A stretch of DNA of 64,000 nt, from the IMG/VR virus record IMGVR_UViG_3300028805_000048. One strand, written 5' to 3'. Source of the DNA: a virus (lineage: Duplodnaviria; Caudoviricetes). The notes under the pieces were generated by a model, which did no database searches, was not told the origin of the DNA, and was given only the letters and a program-made list of their open reading frames with translations. Position numbers and translations under genes: made by a program. The first letter of the stretch is position 1. The number at the start of each line of letters is the position of its first letter. Of this stretch, positions 54,765 to 64,000 are shown piece after piece.

Positions 54765-56131
54765 AAACGAAGAAAATAGACTTATCAGATATTATATCGT
54801 CAGATACCATATTAGCTAAACAAACATTATCAGAAGAACAACAGAAAGCTTTTGATTTAATTCAAAATACAAAGAGAAATGTTTTCATACAAGGTTCGGC
54901 AGGTAGTGGTAAAAGCACTTTTATTATGTATATGAAAGAGCATTTAACGAAAAGTATGATTGTATGCTCACCAACAGCCATTGCAGCTATTAATGTTGGC
55001 GGTCAAACATTACATTCGTTTTTTAAATTACCTGTTTCTGATTTTATAGATGAAGAAATGTTATACAAAACAGATCGTAGAAAGATAGCAGAGATCTTAT
55101 TGAAGACAGAAGTTTTGGTTATAGATGAGATATCAATGGTAAGACCAGACATATTAGATGCTATCGATATAATATGTAAGAGATTAAGAAAAAACAAAAC
55201 TAAAGCTTTTGGTGGATTACAAGTGTTATTGATAGGTGATTTATATCAGCTACCATCAATTGTTAAAAATCAAGCACAACAACTGTTTTTAAACGAATAT
55301 GGTACATCTGATCCATTTTTCTTTGATTCTTATGTTTATCACGAGGCTAATTTTGAAAAAATAGAATTTACGCATATATATAGACAGACAGATGATAATC
55401 TTTTAGAAAATTTAACAAAGTTACGTAAAAACGAAGATTTACCAAATGTTATAAAATATTTTAATAATTGTAAAATAAATGATAAAGATATGCTAGATAC
55501 TGCTATAACGATTACACCATATAGAAACGTGGCAGATGAAATAAATAAATCTAAACTAAAAGCACTTTCTGGTGAATTGAAAAGATATAAAGCTGATTAT
55601 AATGGTTCTTTTATTAAATCTAAAAATTTTCCTGTCCAAGAGTATTTAGAATTAAAACCAGGTGCACTAGTCATTTTCTGTAAAAATCATCAACCAGAAT
55701 GGATAAATGGATCTAGTGGTATAGTAATAAGCATGTGTGATGATTTTATAACGGTCAAATTATTATCAAATGGTAAAACAGTATTTGTCGAACGTGAAGA
55801 ATGGGAAAACAAAGAATATGAAATAATAGAAGAAAAGGTTTGGGATGAAGAATTGAAAGCTAATACTGTAATAAAAAAGACAAAAGAAAAAATAACAGGT
55901 ACATTTCGTCAATTTCCATTACAACTAGGTTGGGCTTGTACAATACACAGAGCTCAAGGAAAAACATTAGATAAGGTTAAGATAGATATAGGAAGAGGTG
56001 CTTTTGCACATGGACAACTTTATGTAGCATTATCAAGAACAAAAAGTTACAAAGATATGCACATTATACGTCCATTACATCTTAAAGATTCAATAATAAA
56101 CAATAGAATATTAAAATTTATATCTAATTAG
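54731..56131 (+). CDS. PIF1/RecD-like SF1 helicase
   Basis: GSAGSGKS, DEISM, GDLYQL, RQ, TIHRAQG, YVALSR. Confidence 0.9.
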   Translation: MAKKTKKIKKVETKKIDLSDIISSDTILAKQTLSEEQQKAFDLIQNTKRNVFIQGSAGSGKSTFIMYMKEHLTKSMIVCSPTAIAAINVGGQTLHSFFKLPVSDFIDEEMLYKTDRRKIAEILLKTEVLVIDEISMVRPDILDAIDIICKRLRKNKTKAFGGLQVLLIGDLYQLPSIVKNQAQQLFLNEYGTSDPFFFDSYVYHEANFEKIEFTHIYRQTDDNLLENLTKLRKNEDLPNVIKYFNNCKINDKDMLDTAITITPYRNVADEINKSKLKALSGELKRYKADYNGSFIKSKNFPVQEYLELKPGALVIFCKNHQPEWINGSSGIVISMCDDFITVKLLSNGKTVFVEREEWENKEYEIIEEKVWDEELKANTVIKKTKEKITGTFRQFPLQLGWACTIHRAQGKTLDKVKIDIGRGAFAHGQLYVALSRTKSYKDMHIIRPLHLKDSIINNRILKFISN

Positions 56132-56136
56132 TCCAT

Positions 56137-56218
56137 TTTTTTGACCGTGGAGTGATTATCTTTTCATAATCCCATTCCTTAATTATTTAAAAAACATAAT
56201 TATTCTACGGTCAAAAAA
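56137..56218 (+). repeat. Long hairpin between convergent genes
   Basis: 23 bp stem with three G-U pairs. Confidence 0.7.
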
Positions 56219-56222
56219 CCAA

Positions 56223-57254
56223 TCAGTTTGGTTTTGCTCCAGAAAATTTAAATGGACGTAATATTTTATTATTTATCGAAAATAACTTCTTTTTCTTTCT
56301 AGGTTGTATTTTAATTTCTTCTTTTGTTAAAATTGTTTCTTTAGGCTTATATTCTTCTAAAGCTTTTTCTAATTTGACATTTTCTTTTTTAATTTTATCA
56401 ATTTCAACATTATGTTTTCTAATTTCTTTAGAAAAATGTGTATTTTTTTGTTCATTTTCTTTAGAATTTTGTGTATTTTCTATAACTTTTTTCTTATTTT
56501 TACGAGTATTAACGGCTAATATGATAGCTATTTGTAAATAATCTGTACCTATGATGACTAATATGATAACTATAGTCAATGAATTTTGTAAATTATCATA
56601 TGTGTCGCAAGATTTTTGAGTTAATTTACATATAGTCATTAAAACGTTAGCAATTTCATTTCTGTTTTCGACGTTTATTTTAGTCTTAGCCTCAACCATA
56701 TCTAATGATTCATCTGCTTTAGCTAAAGCTTCTTTTAATGCTATAGAAGCCTTATTGTCTAATGCTCTTTTTGTATTGTTACATCTATTTTCAGCATTTT
56801 TATTACCACGAGCTCTCGCTATACAATTTTGAAGATCATTGCGATTCCAATCTAAAGCGTTTCTGTATTCCTCTTGTGCTATTTTTGCTAAGTCTTCAGA
56901 TCTATCTTGTTTTACTTTAGCATTGGCATTCGCTTTGTTGTAAACAACAGTATTTACCATAGCTTGTTTTGTTTCAGGCGTAACCAAAGAATCTAATTTT
57001 GAATATACACCAACAGCAGAATATCCAAATAATAAAATTAATATTATGACTATGAAATATTTAACTTTTCTAAGATTATGCCATTCGTTAACTGTAAAGT
57101 TAAATAGTAAAAACCTACCAAGATCTATGATTATAAATAGAGCCAAGATAAATATTCCAGCAGCATCAAATAAATCAACCATACCAAAAGCTGTCATAGC
57201 TGAACTCATCAATGCTAAAATTGCAGCAATCATAAGCATTATAGCATAACTCAT
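56223..57254 (-). CDS. Multi-pass membrane protein with coiled-coil loop
   Basis: Three N-terminal hydrophobic helices plus one distal; AGTTCTA at 57303-57309. Confidence 0.75.
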   Translation of the reverse strand: MSYAIMLMIAAILALMSSAMTAFGMVDLFDAAGIFILALFIIIDLGRFLLFNFTVNEWHNLRKVKYFIVIILILLFGYSAVGVYSKLDSLVTPETKQAMVNTVVYNKANANAKVKQDRSEDLAKIAQEEYRNALDWNRNDLQNCIARARGNKNAENRCNNTKRALDNKASIALKEALAKADESLDMVEAKTKINVENRNEIANVLMTICKLTQKSCDTYDNLQNSLTIVIILVIIGTDYLQIAIILAVNTRKNKKKVIENTQNSKENEQKNTHFSKEIRKHNVEIDKIKKENVKLEKALEEYKPKETILTKEEIKIQPRKKKKLFSINNKILRPFKFSGAKPN

Positions 57255-57345
57255 GATGAAGAATACCTCTCTAATTGTTTGATAAAAAATCACCTGTCAA
57301 ATTAGAACTTGACAGGTGACGGGAGGGAGAAACTTATCTAGTTTA

Positions 57346-57579
57346 TTATGATAAACGTGTTATACATATTATCTTTATAAAATCTTTTAACGATTTAAAT
57401 TCTGCTCCTTTATGCGTATAAAGCGAAAGTTGTGTATATCTTCTTCCTGGAAATTTCTTTACAATAGTATGAATATTATCACTACAATAACCATTAGATT
57501 TATCTACAAAGATCTCATCTCCAATATTCATATTTTCTAACTTAGTTAGTAAACTTTCAGGTGATCTAGGTTTGGGCAT
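57346..57579 (-). CDS. Hypothetical protein
   Basis: GAAAAGGA RBS and GGTTTTACA promoter at 57636-57644. Confidence 0.65.
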   Translation of the reverse strand: MPKPRSPESLLTKLENMNIGDEIFVDKSNGYCSDNIHTIVKKFPGRRYTQLSLYTHKGAEFKSLKDFIKIICITRLS

Positions 57580-57658
57580 AATATGAATTCCTTTTCTAAT
57601 AAATTAAATATATTTTATATAAACTTTTATGAAAATGTAAAACCTTTTTTATAAATAG

Positions 57659-58261
57659 TTAATAATTTTCATCAAACCATGTTAATAAGTCTTCAAAATT
57701 TATTGGTGTGAACGGTTTAGTATTTGGATATTTATCTGACGTATCAAGACCAACATGCGCTGCTCTAAATCCTAAATCTTGATATATTTCATCATAATCG
57801 TTCATGTTATGAATATGTCCGTAAAAATGACATGTTGGACCAATTTTTCCAGCAATAGGCTTGTTAAAAACGTGATTCGGTTCAAGAATAGGATAATGAA
57901 ATAATATACACTCATAAACTCTACCAACTTTATCTTCTAGTTTGATAGAAGCATAATCTTTCATCTCTTTTAGTAATCCAGAATTTAAAAATTTAGCATA
58001 TATCTTTGGTCTATCATGATTACCTAAGATAAGATATTTGTTTCCATTTAATGCTTTTAACCTATTTTCTATCTCTTCTGTACTAAGATTTAAAGATATA
58101 TCACCAATAATATAAACATCATCTTCTTGTTTAACAACCGAATTCCAGTTATCTATAATAGCTTGATCATGTTCTTCTATAGTAGAAAATGGTCTAGGTT
58201 TAGCAAATTTTAATATATTTTTATGTCCGAAATGTAAATCTGATGTAAAAAACTTATTCAT
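57659..58261 (-). CDS. Calcineurin-like metallophosphoesterase
   Basis: SDLHFGH, GD, GNHD, HYP, GHIH. Confidence 0.88.
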   Translation of the reverse strand: MNKFFTSDLHFGHKNILKFAKPRPFSTIEEHDQAIIDNWNSVVKQEDDVYIIGDISLNLSTEEIENRLKALNGNKYLILGNHDRPKIYAKFLNSGLLKEMKDYASIKLEDKVGRVYECILFHYPILEPNHVFNKPIAGKIGPTCHFYGHIHNMNDYDEIYQDLGFRAAHVGLDTSDKYPNTKPFTPINFEDLLTWFDENY

Positions 58262-58262
58262 T

Positions 58263-58556
58263 TCAACAATCTACCTTTACTATCTCATCAGGATATTCTT
58301 CACACGCTTTTATAATATCTTTCATAAATTTTTTCCAAGAAGATATCGTACCCCAACCATTTCCTGGCATATAATGAGTATACAATTCACCTTTATCATT
58401 CAATTCGTTATACACTTTTAAAGCTAACAAATTAACATCTTTTGCTGTCATACCATCAAAATTTTTTGGAGTCATGCCGATTATTTCATCACAAGCTTCA
58501 CAGCCGTTAAATGTATGATTTATCCAGCTTTCACCTATATATACATCATAAGACAT
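58263..58556 (-). CDS. Hypothetical phage protein
   Basis: MSYDV...NHTFN...PGNGWG. Confidence 0.7.
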   Translation of the reverse strand: MSYDVYIGESWINHTFNGCEACDEIIGMTPKNFDGMTAKDVNLLALKVYNELNDKGELYTHYMPGNGWGTISSWKKFMKDIIKACEEYPDEIVKVDC

Positions 58557-58807
58557 TATTTTTTCTTACCCTCATCTTTAAATTTACATGATATACCTCC
58601 AGCAGCACCATTACCACCACCAACTACATCTTCTGATATATAGCATATCACTTCATCATTTTCACAGCGAATTATATAATCTACAAATCCAGCTGGTAAT
58701 TTTACTACTTCGCAAGTAAAAGCTGTTACAAATAGTGCACAAATCGATAACACATATTTATTCATCATTTTTACCTTCACAGCGTATTGGTTTACCATTA
58801 GAATCAA
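58556..58807 (-). CDS. Small protein with signal-like N-terminus
   Basis: RCEN.EVICY...GGISC; start probably MMNKY. Confidence 0.6.
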   Translation of the reverse strand: MILMVNQYAVKVKMMNKYVLSICALFVTAFTCEVVKLPAGFVDYIIRCENDEVICYISEDVVGGGNGAAGGISCKFKDEGKKK

Positions 58808-59018
58808 TGTTGAATATCACATCATTACGTATAACTATAACTTCCTTATTCTCTAAACAAGCTTTGCTATAAAGTCTTTTAGGAAATGAAACTCGTTGTT
58901 CATTTGTAATTGTTTCTGGTTCTGCATCTAATACATATATGATACCACTAAATATTGATAAGACAAGTATCAAAAGTATCATTTCTAAAAAGTTTTGAAC
59001 AAGATTACGATATATCAT
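58758..59018 (-). CDS. Small membrane-anchored protein
   Basis: N-terminal TM helix; two Cys. Confidence 0.65.
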   Translation of the reverse strand: MIYRNLVQNFLEMILLILVLSIFSGIIYVLDAEPETITNEQRVSFPKRLYSKACLENKEVIVIRNDVIFNIDSNGKPIRCEGKNDE

Positions 59019-59033
59019 TTTTATCCTTTCAAA

Positions 59034-59129
59034 TTAACTGTTTAACATTAATGTAATGATTGCTAGCGTGAACATCCACATAACACCGACAACAAAACCT
59101 TTAAGAAAAACAAAACTATCATTAGACAT
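59034..59129 (-). CDS. 31 aa hydrophobic peptide
   Basis: Not in ORF track; MSNDSFVFLKGFVVGVMWMFTLAIITLMLNS fills the operon gap. Confidence 0.4.
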   Translation of the reverse strand: MSNDSFVFLKGFVVGVMWMFTLAIITLMLNS

Positions 59130-59376
59130 TTTCTAATTCTTTCACGCTTAATCTATAACTTTCATCTACTTCTATACCGTCCATCAAGAAAGTAATACTT
59201 AACGAAATGCATCCACCGTCTATTAAACAAACTTTATTTATTCTATATGGAACGCTTTGATATTCTGTATCTTTAACCTTGTTACGAATCCAACTCATAG
59301 CAGCATTCCAAAGGTTAGCTTGAAGCATAAAATACTTATATACGTCTTCACTATTCATAATCTTGCTCTTCCTCAT
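59122..59376 (-). CDS. Hypothetical protein
   Basis: ORF in operon. Confidence 0.6.
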   Translation of the reverse strand: MRKSKIMNSEDVYKYFMLQANLWNAAMSWIRNKVKDTEYQSVPYRINKVCLIDGGCISLSITFLMDGIEVDESYRLSVKELENV

Positions 59377-59569
59377 CTTTAGAATTAATATCTTTTAACG
59401 CTCTTAGTAAAGCTTCACGTTTTTTAATGTATGTAGGATTTTGTCCAAGATAATCATCACGATCATAAAATCCACACTTTACATCAAGCTCTGCAGCTCG
59501 CTCTACATAATTTTCAAGATCAAAATTATCTCTTTTGAGACGCTTTGGTGTCCTAATGTTCCGTATCAT
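59351..59569 (-). CDS. Hypothetical protein
   Basis: RBS; GGCTTTACA at 59623-59631 (minus). Confidence 0.65.
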   Translation of the reverse strand: MIRNIRTPKRLKRDNFDLENYVERAAELDVKCGFYDRDDYLGQNPTYIKKREALLRALKDINSKDEEEQDYE

Positions 59570-59708
59570 TTCTTCCCTTTCATTTCAATTTATATTATAA
59601 AAATAAAATAAACTACGCTAATTGTAAAGCCATTAAAAATCCTCTTATAATTCTAACATCATTTTATTAGAACCATAAGAGGATAAATTTAATTAAAAAG
59701 ATTAAAAA

Positions 59709-61886
59709 TTATTTGCCTAATTGATCTTTCAATTCTTCTTTTGTGATAAATGTACGTTTTTTCCAATCATTTTCTCTACGGATTGGATTAATGTTATCCA
59801 TGACAACAAAGAAACCAACAACACGTGATAAATGTTCAACTTTTTCAGAATGACAATGAGGACATTCTTTCCAATTTGCTTTTTCAACTGCTCCGCATTC
59901 TTTGCAACGCGAATATACAGCATTGAGAGCAAAGTGTTCACATCCAGCTTCTACAGATTGCATGATAATTTCCTTAGCTTGACTAGGTGTTAAATCAGAA
60001 CCAATCTGTATATGCGCGATTGCCCCGCCGTCCATATAATTATCGTATTTACCTTCCTCAGTAAATTTCTCTTTAATAGTTGTATGTACCCATGTTGGAA
60101 CAAATTGATTAGCATACATATTAGGAAAGTTGTATGGATTTCCAAACAATAAATTATCTGATTTGAATAATTTTGGACTCATACTTTCAACTGGAGTTTG
60201 TTCAGAATTCGCTACAATATTTTCTCTTTTTGCAGCTTCTTTATAAAAATTATTAAAATTAATTAAAATATCTTTTTTATAATCATCTACAACATTACCA
60301 AATTTTTCTTTTAAAATTATGTTAGATTCATAAAGTCCATTTACGCCAAAAGTACTAAATAATCTTTCTAATATTACCCATCCACGATTAACAAATGGTT
60401 CCAATCCCATATCTGTCAATTTGTAAAGTAATACTTTGTGTGCTTTAAGAATTTTTGCACAATCATCAATTCTTTCTTTTAGTATTCTCAAATAATCTTC
60501 ATAAGAAGTAGCTTCGTAAGCTATACGAACAAAATTAATTGTGATAGCACGATGAGATCCTAATGATGCACCACCTGAACCACCAAACGAATTAACCGTT
60601 GAACCTAGTTCATCCATCATCTCTTTATTATTAATCATACGACAACAACTTGCAATTTTTGTACCAGCTGATGTAAATAAGTTATATCGTGCAATATCTT
60701 TTTTTATTATATAATTAAGTAATTCATTATCTTTATCTAAACAATATTTATTTATTTTCTCATCTAATTTTTTAGTCATGTTCGGTGTTGTTACAGGAAA
60801 ACGATATTGCATTCCGTTTTGACTTGGATCACCTTTATCAAAGAAATCAATAAATATTTTTTGAATTTCTGTAATATAATCTACGATAAAATCATCAAAC
60901 TCTTCACGACTAATTTTACCGTTTTCACCACCTAATTCATTATCGGCCAAGACTTTAATATTTTTTGGAAAATACCATTGATAATTATCTGGACCAATCA
61001 AACCATGCAATTTTTCCTTATCAAAAATAGATACATTTGTAAAACAACTTTCAATACTATCTCTCGTTGGATGATTTACTGAATGAATAAATTTTTGAAA
61101 TCTATTTTCTAGATATTTACGAGTTGTTTTGTCGGTTTTAACTTTTTCTAATGGAATACGCTGTTTATATATTAATAAATGGGTTATATCAAGAAATAGC
61201 GTGGCAAGAGCAATAGCCCCAGCTAAATGATTACCAAGCTCTGGAATACTATCACATAAACAATCTAAAAAAGAATCTACACTTTTAGCAGGCTTTGATG
61301 GAAGAACACCGAAAGGTCTACCTTCCATAACTAACTTTGTAGTATCGAGAGCCCAACAATATGGAATTAAAATTTTTGTAGAGTCATGCATTCCTAAAGA
61401 ATAATCATATAATAATCCCATAAGTCTTTGAGCTTCTGTTTTTCCATAAATTTCTTTAGTGGTACGATATAAATAATCGTAACCAATCAGTTTATCAAAT
61501 GACAATTCAGCTTCTTTGATAATACCTTTAATAGCTTTACCATTATCATCACCTTTATTTCCATTATCATCAATAGATTTATCATTAGTTTTTGTAGAAA
61601 TCATATCGGAGAAATTTTTCATAGGATCAAAATTTTCATCAGATAATCCATGAATTTTTAAAAAAGCATTTACTTTTTCAGTTAACTCATTTTTATCTTT
61701 AATACCATGAACGTTACGTAATCTTTTAGCAAGGCATGTTTTGATATGCTTCAACGTGTTTGTAGTAGAAGCATTAGCAAATGATTCTGCTGTTAATTTA
61801 GCTAATTCCTCTTCATAGATATTATCAGCATTTATTTCAGTTTGATAATTTTTTGGATAATTTACCTTAATGATATCTGGACTCAT
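59709..61886 (-). CDS. nrdD: Anaerobic (class III) ribonucleotide reductase
   Basis: HD..YC, FPV.T, SCCR finger loop, P.ES, GG.I.H, CxxC..CxxC, SRVVGF glycyl-radical loop. Confidence 0.92.
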   Translation of the reverse strand: MSPDIIKVNYPKNYQTEINADNIYEEELAKLTAESFANASTTNTLKHIKTCLAKRLRNVHGIKDKNELTEKVNAFLKIHGLSDENFDPMKNFSDMISTKTNDKSIDDNGNKGDDNGKAIKGIIKEAELSFDKLIGYDYLYRTTKEIYGKTEAQRLMGLLYDYSLGMHDSTKILIPYCWALDTTKLVMEGRPFGVLPSKPAKSVDSFLDCLCDSIPELGNHLAGAIALATLFLDITHLLIYKQRIPLEKVKTDKTTRKYLENRFQKFIHSVNHPTRDSIESCFTNVSIFDKEKLHGLIGPDNYQWYFPKNIKVLADNELGGENGKISREEFDDFIVDYITEIQKIFIDFFDKGDPSQNGMQYRFPVTTPNMTKKLDEKINKYCLDKDNELLNYIIKKDIARYNLFTSAGTKIASCCRMINNKEMMDELGSTVNSFGGSGGASLGSHRAITINFVRIAYEATSYEDYLRILKERIDDCAKILKAHKVLLYKLTDMGLEPFVNRGWVILERLFSTFGVNGLYESNIILKEKFGNVVDDYKKDILINFNNFYKEAAKRENIVANSEQTPVESMSPKLFKSDNLLFGNPYNFPNMYANQFVPTWVHTTIKEKFTEEGKYDNYMDGGAIAHIQIGSDLTPSQAKEIIMQSVEAGCEHFALNAVYSRCKECGAVEKANWKECPHCHSEKVEHLSRVVGFFVVMDNINPIRRENDWKKRTFITKEELKDQLGK

Positions 61887-61904
61887 GGTTCTTTTTACCT
61901 TCCC

Positions 61905-62411
61905 TTAAAATGTTAAAATTCCGTTTTCAGACAACTTGTTATAGTTGCCATCGTAAAAGTCTTGATTCGGAGATGCTAAAACATACTCTTTGTCAGTCTT
62001 TTTCGATTGTCTTGATTTTGTTTGATCATATGTTCCGCATTTCCAATATTTTACACCGTCTATATTTAATTTCTTAACATATTCAATACTATAACCTGTA
62101 AAAATACAAATGTCAAATTCATCTTTTAAGTTATTAACAAGATATGTCGTTAATTCTAAATTATTTTTTATATATAGCGGGTCTCCACCAAGAAATACCA
62201 GCTTGTTAGTATCTGCTCGGTGTGCATACGTCTTTATTCTTGAAAGCATGGTTTCTTTATCTTCGTCATATGATAATGATTTTTGCAATGCTGGACTATG
62301 ACATCCTGGACATTTATGTTCACATCCAGTCATGTATATAATCACAGCGTTACCATCTGGTGACGGATAATCTAACCATGTTTCTTCTAATATCAATCCG
62401 TAAGTTTCCAT
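61905..62411 (-). CDS. nrdG: Class III RNR activase (radical SAM)
   Basis: GCEHKCPGCHS, LGGDP, FTGY, SPNQ; adjacent to nrdD. Confidence 0.9.
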   Translation of the reverse strand: METYGLILEETWLDYPSPDGNAVIIYMTGCEHKCPGCHSPALQKSLSYDEDKETMLSRIKTYAHRADTNKLVFLGGDPLYIKNNLELTTYLVNNLKDEFDICIFTGYSIEYVKKLNIDGVKYWKCGTYDQTKSRQSKKTDKEYVLASPNQDFYDGNYNKLSENGILTF

Positions 62412-62559
62412 CCTTTTTTGTCCAATTTGTGATTAAATTTTTGATCGAAAGTAAGGTTTAGAACTTGACCAAAATTTGAAATGTTGTTAAGAATATTTGC
62501 ATTTTTACTAATTCTTTCGAAGCCATTTTTTAGCTACAAAATACTATAAAATACACCGT

Positions 62560-63321
62560 TTAATCTAAGCCGTTGTCATCGTTGTGTTTTAGTCTTATGC
62601 TGTCTTCATCTATGATGCAATCAGTCCATTTTATGCTTCTTGTTTTAGATAGTTTACAGTCAAAACCAGCTTCATATAAATCTTTTATTATAGATTTTTC
62701 AAATAAATCTCTAACTACTTTTGTGTATTCTTTATAATTTTTGAAATATATTCCTCCATTTGGAGATCTTTTTTCAAGTCCATATTTTTGTAAAACCATA
62801 TTCAAAGACGGTAAAAGCATACTGTTGATTACCTCTAAATCAGCTTTTTGTGATTTTATTTCTTCTATCTCTTTTAATTCTTGTTTACTAAATGGTACTT
62901 CTTCAGCATCTTCTAAGTCAAAATAATAAAAAGGTGGTTCTAAAGTAATTCTTTTTGTAATACTACTAGCAGAATATATCGCGAAATGGTCAGATGGTCT
63001 ATAATATATCTCTTCGTTTTCACAAAAAGGTACTTCATAACTATTAAAATCGAATGTGTCATGTTGTGTAACTTTTTTAATGAATTTACGATATTGATTT
63101 TGAGCAAAAAAATCGATTTTATTTAATATTTCATTTTTATAACTTTCTACTTCGTTGCTGTTTAGATTTAATTCTCTATAATTTTTGAATTTATATATGT
63201 GATGTGTTACTCTTTTTCTTTTCGGTTTATTATCATATACAGCGTAAAATAACCAGGCATCATCAAAAGCATTATCTGATACTATATAAACAGTTTTGCA
63301 AGGTATCTTTTTTGTTTCCAT
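62560..63321 (-). CDS. Hypothetical protein
   Basis: 253 aa ORF. Confidence 0.7.
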   Translation of the reverse strand: METKKIPCKTVYIVSDNAFDDAWLFYAVYDNKPKRKRVTHHIYKFKNYRELNLNSNEVESYKNEILNKIDFFAQNQYRKFIKKVTQHDTFDFNSYEVPFCENEEIYYRPSDHFAIYSASSITKRITLEPPFYYFDLEDAEEVPFSKQELKEIEEIKSQKADLEVINSMLLPSLNMVLQKYGLEKRSPNGGIYFKNYKEYTKVVRDLFEKSIIKDLYEAGFDCKLSKTRSIKWTDCIIDEDSIRLKHNDDNGLD

Positions 63322-63326
63322 GATTT

Positions 63327-63989
63327 TTAATTTCCTTTCTTAGAAAGATATTGTTCCCACAAATCATCAAATACAACAGGAATTTTTTCATGAAATAACT
63401 CTAACGTAGGATCCATAATCTCTTTAATACATGGTCTAGCATGTCCTGTGGCTGCAATAGATGACCGTAGAAAAAGAATATGACGCCATTCGCGTAAGTT
63501 AGCACAAATGTTGAATTCCGCTGCTGTAGAATGAGGGAGAACTAAAGAAAGCTGATCTGGTTTTGCTCCAAGTTTAGCCATCGCCATATAATTATCTTCT
63601 GCTGCTTGCATTGCATTACACCAAAGTTTATATTCTTCGGATGGAGCTTCGATTTCAACAGGATCAAGAAATTTCAATTCATTACCGAATTTATCTTTGC
63701 TATAATTTGCATATCTTGTACTTTCAATGGCATAGCTTCCGTGTCTGTGACGTGTCAAATCCTTATAACTCGCCACGTTTGATATATAATTCATTGTAAT
63801 TGAATAAAATTCTAACATAGCATGATGACCAGATCCAATAAGTGCACTAACAATTCGTTTAGCACTTTCTATATCATCACAATCTTTATATGACTTATAA
63901 CATGTTTTCGCCACTCTTTGAATTGTTAACAAAGCTTCTTCGCCATTTATTTCAGTAATTGGTTTAACTTCTGCTTTAATTATTTGCAT
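63327..63989 (-). CDS. thyX: Flavin-dependent thymidylate synthase
   Basis: GHHAMLE, RHRH.S...ESTRY, NLREWRH...LR. Confidence 0.92.
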   Translation of the reverse strand: MQIIKAEVKPITEINGEEALLTIQRVAKTCYKSYKDCDDIESAKRIVSALIGSGHHAMLEFYSITMNYISNVASYKDLTRHRHGSYAIESTRYANYSKDKFGNELKFLDPVEIEAPSEEYKLWCNAMQAAEDNYMAMAKLGAKPDQLSLVLPHSTAAEFNICANLREWRHILFLRSSIAATGHARPCIKEIMDPTLELFHEKIPVVFDDLWEQYLSKKGN

Positions 63990-64000
63990 TCTAATTCTCC

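Noticed and set aside
59709-61886. Intron or intein in nrdD
   Set aside because: The ORF is continuous and of normal length with no splicing motifs.
220-63799. Many 60-130 aa ORFs antisense to or nested in longer genes (e.g. 220, 1611, 14976, 19124, 29813, 43374, 52328, 59729)
   Set aside because: Shadow frames of real genes, with no RBS or motifs.
1-64000. Stop-codon reassignment as in some large gut phages
   Set aside because: Conserved genes are full length in code 11, and TAG, TGA and TAA all end genes at sensible places.
1-64000. CRISPR array or tRNA genes
   Set aside because: No regularly spaced repeats and no full cloverleaf seen by eye; tRNAscan was not run.

Overview
Fragment of a large, very AT-rich lytic dsDNA phage genome (T4-like major capsid protein, standard genetic code; no tRNA, CRISPR array or integrase seen). 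Recognisable genes: MoxR-type AAA+ ATPase with a VWA/metallopeptidase partner, gp23-like capsid, putative neck and tail-fibre proteins, NAD-dependent DNA ligase, an RNA-repair set (kinase, Rnl1 ligase, phosphoesterase), an HslV/proteasome-like Ntn hydrolase, Hsp20, a second AAA+ ATPase, a PIF1-like helicase, nrdD/nrdG and thyX. The window has two interleaved layers. (1) Plus-strand arrays of small genes behind a repeated sigma70-like promoter (GGCTTTAC-N17-TAnnnT); about 25-28 of these otherwise dissimilar proteins end in one C-terminal helix motif (LxTxxK[ML]KG), and five more share a second C-terminal motif. (2) Scattered, mostly minus-strand cassettes behind an AGTTCTA motif (inferred late promoter); about 10 of these carry interchangeable N-terminal leaders ending in L-x-E, like T4 capsid-targeting/prohead-protease leaders, fused to variable cargo including two ADP-ribosyltransferase-like domains and a nuclease-like domain. 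Several promoter-terminator units with no ORF look like non-coding RNAs. All calls come from reading motifs by eye; no database search was run.
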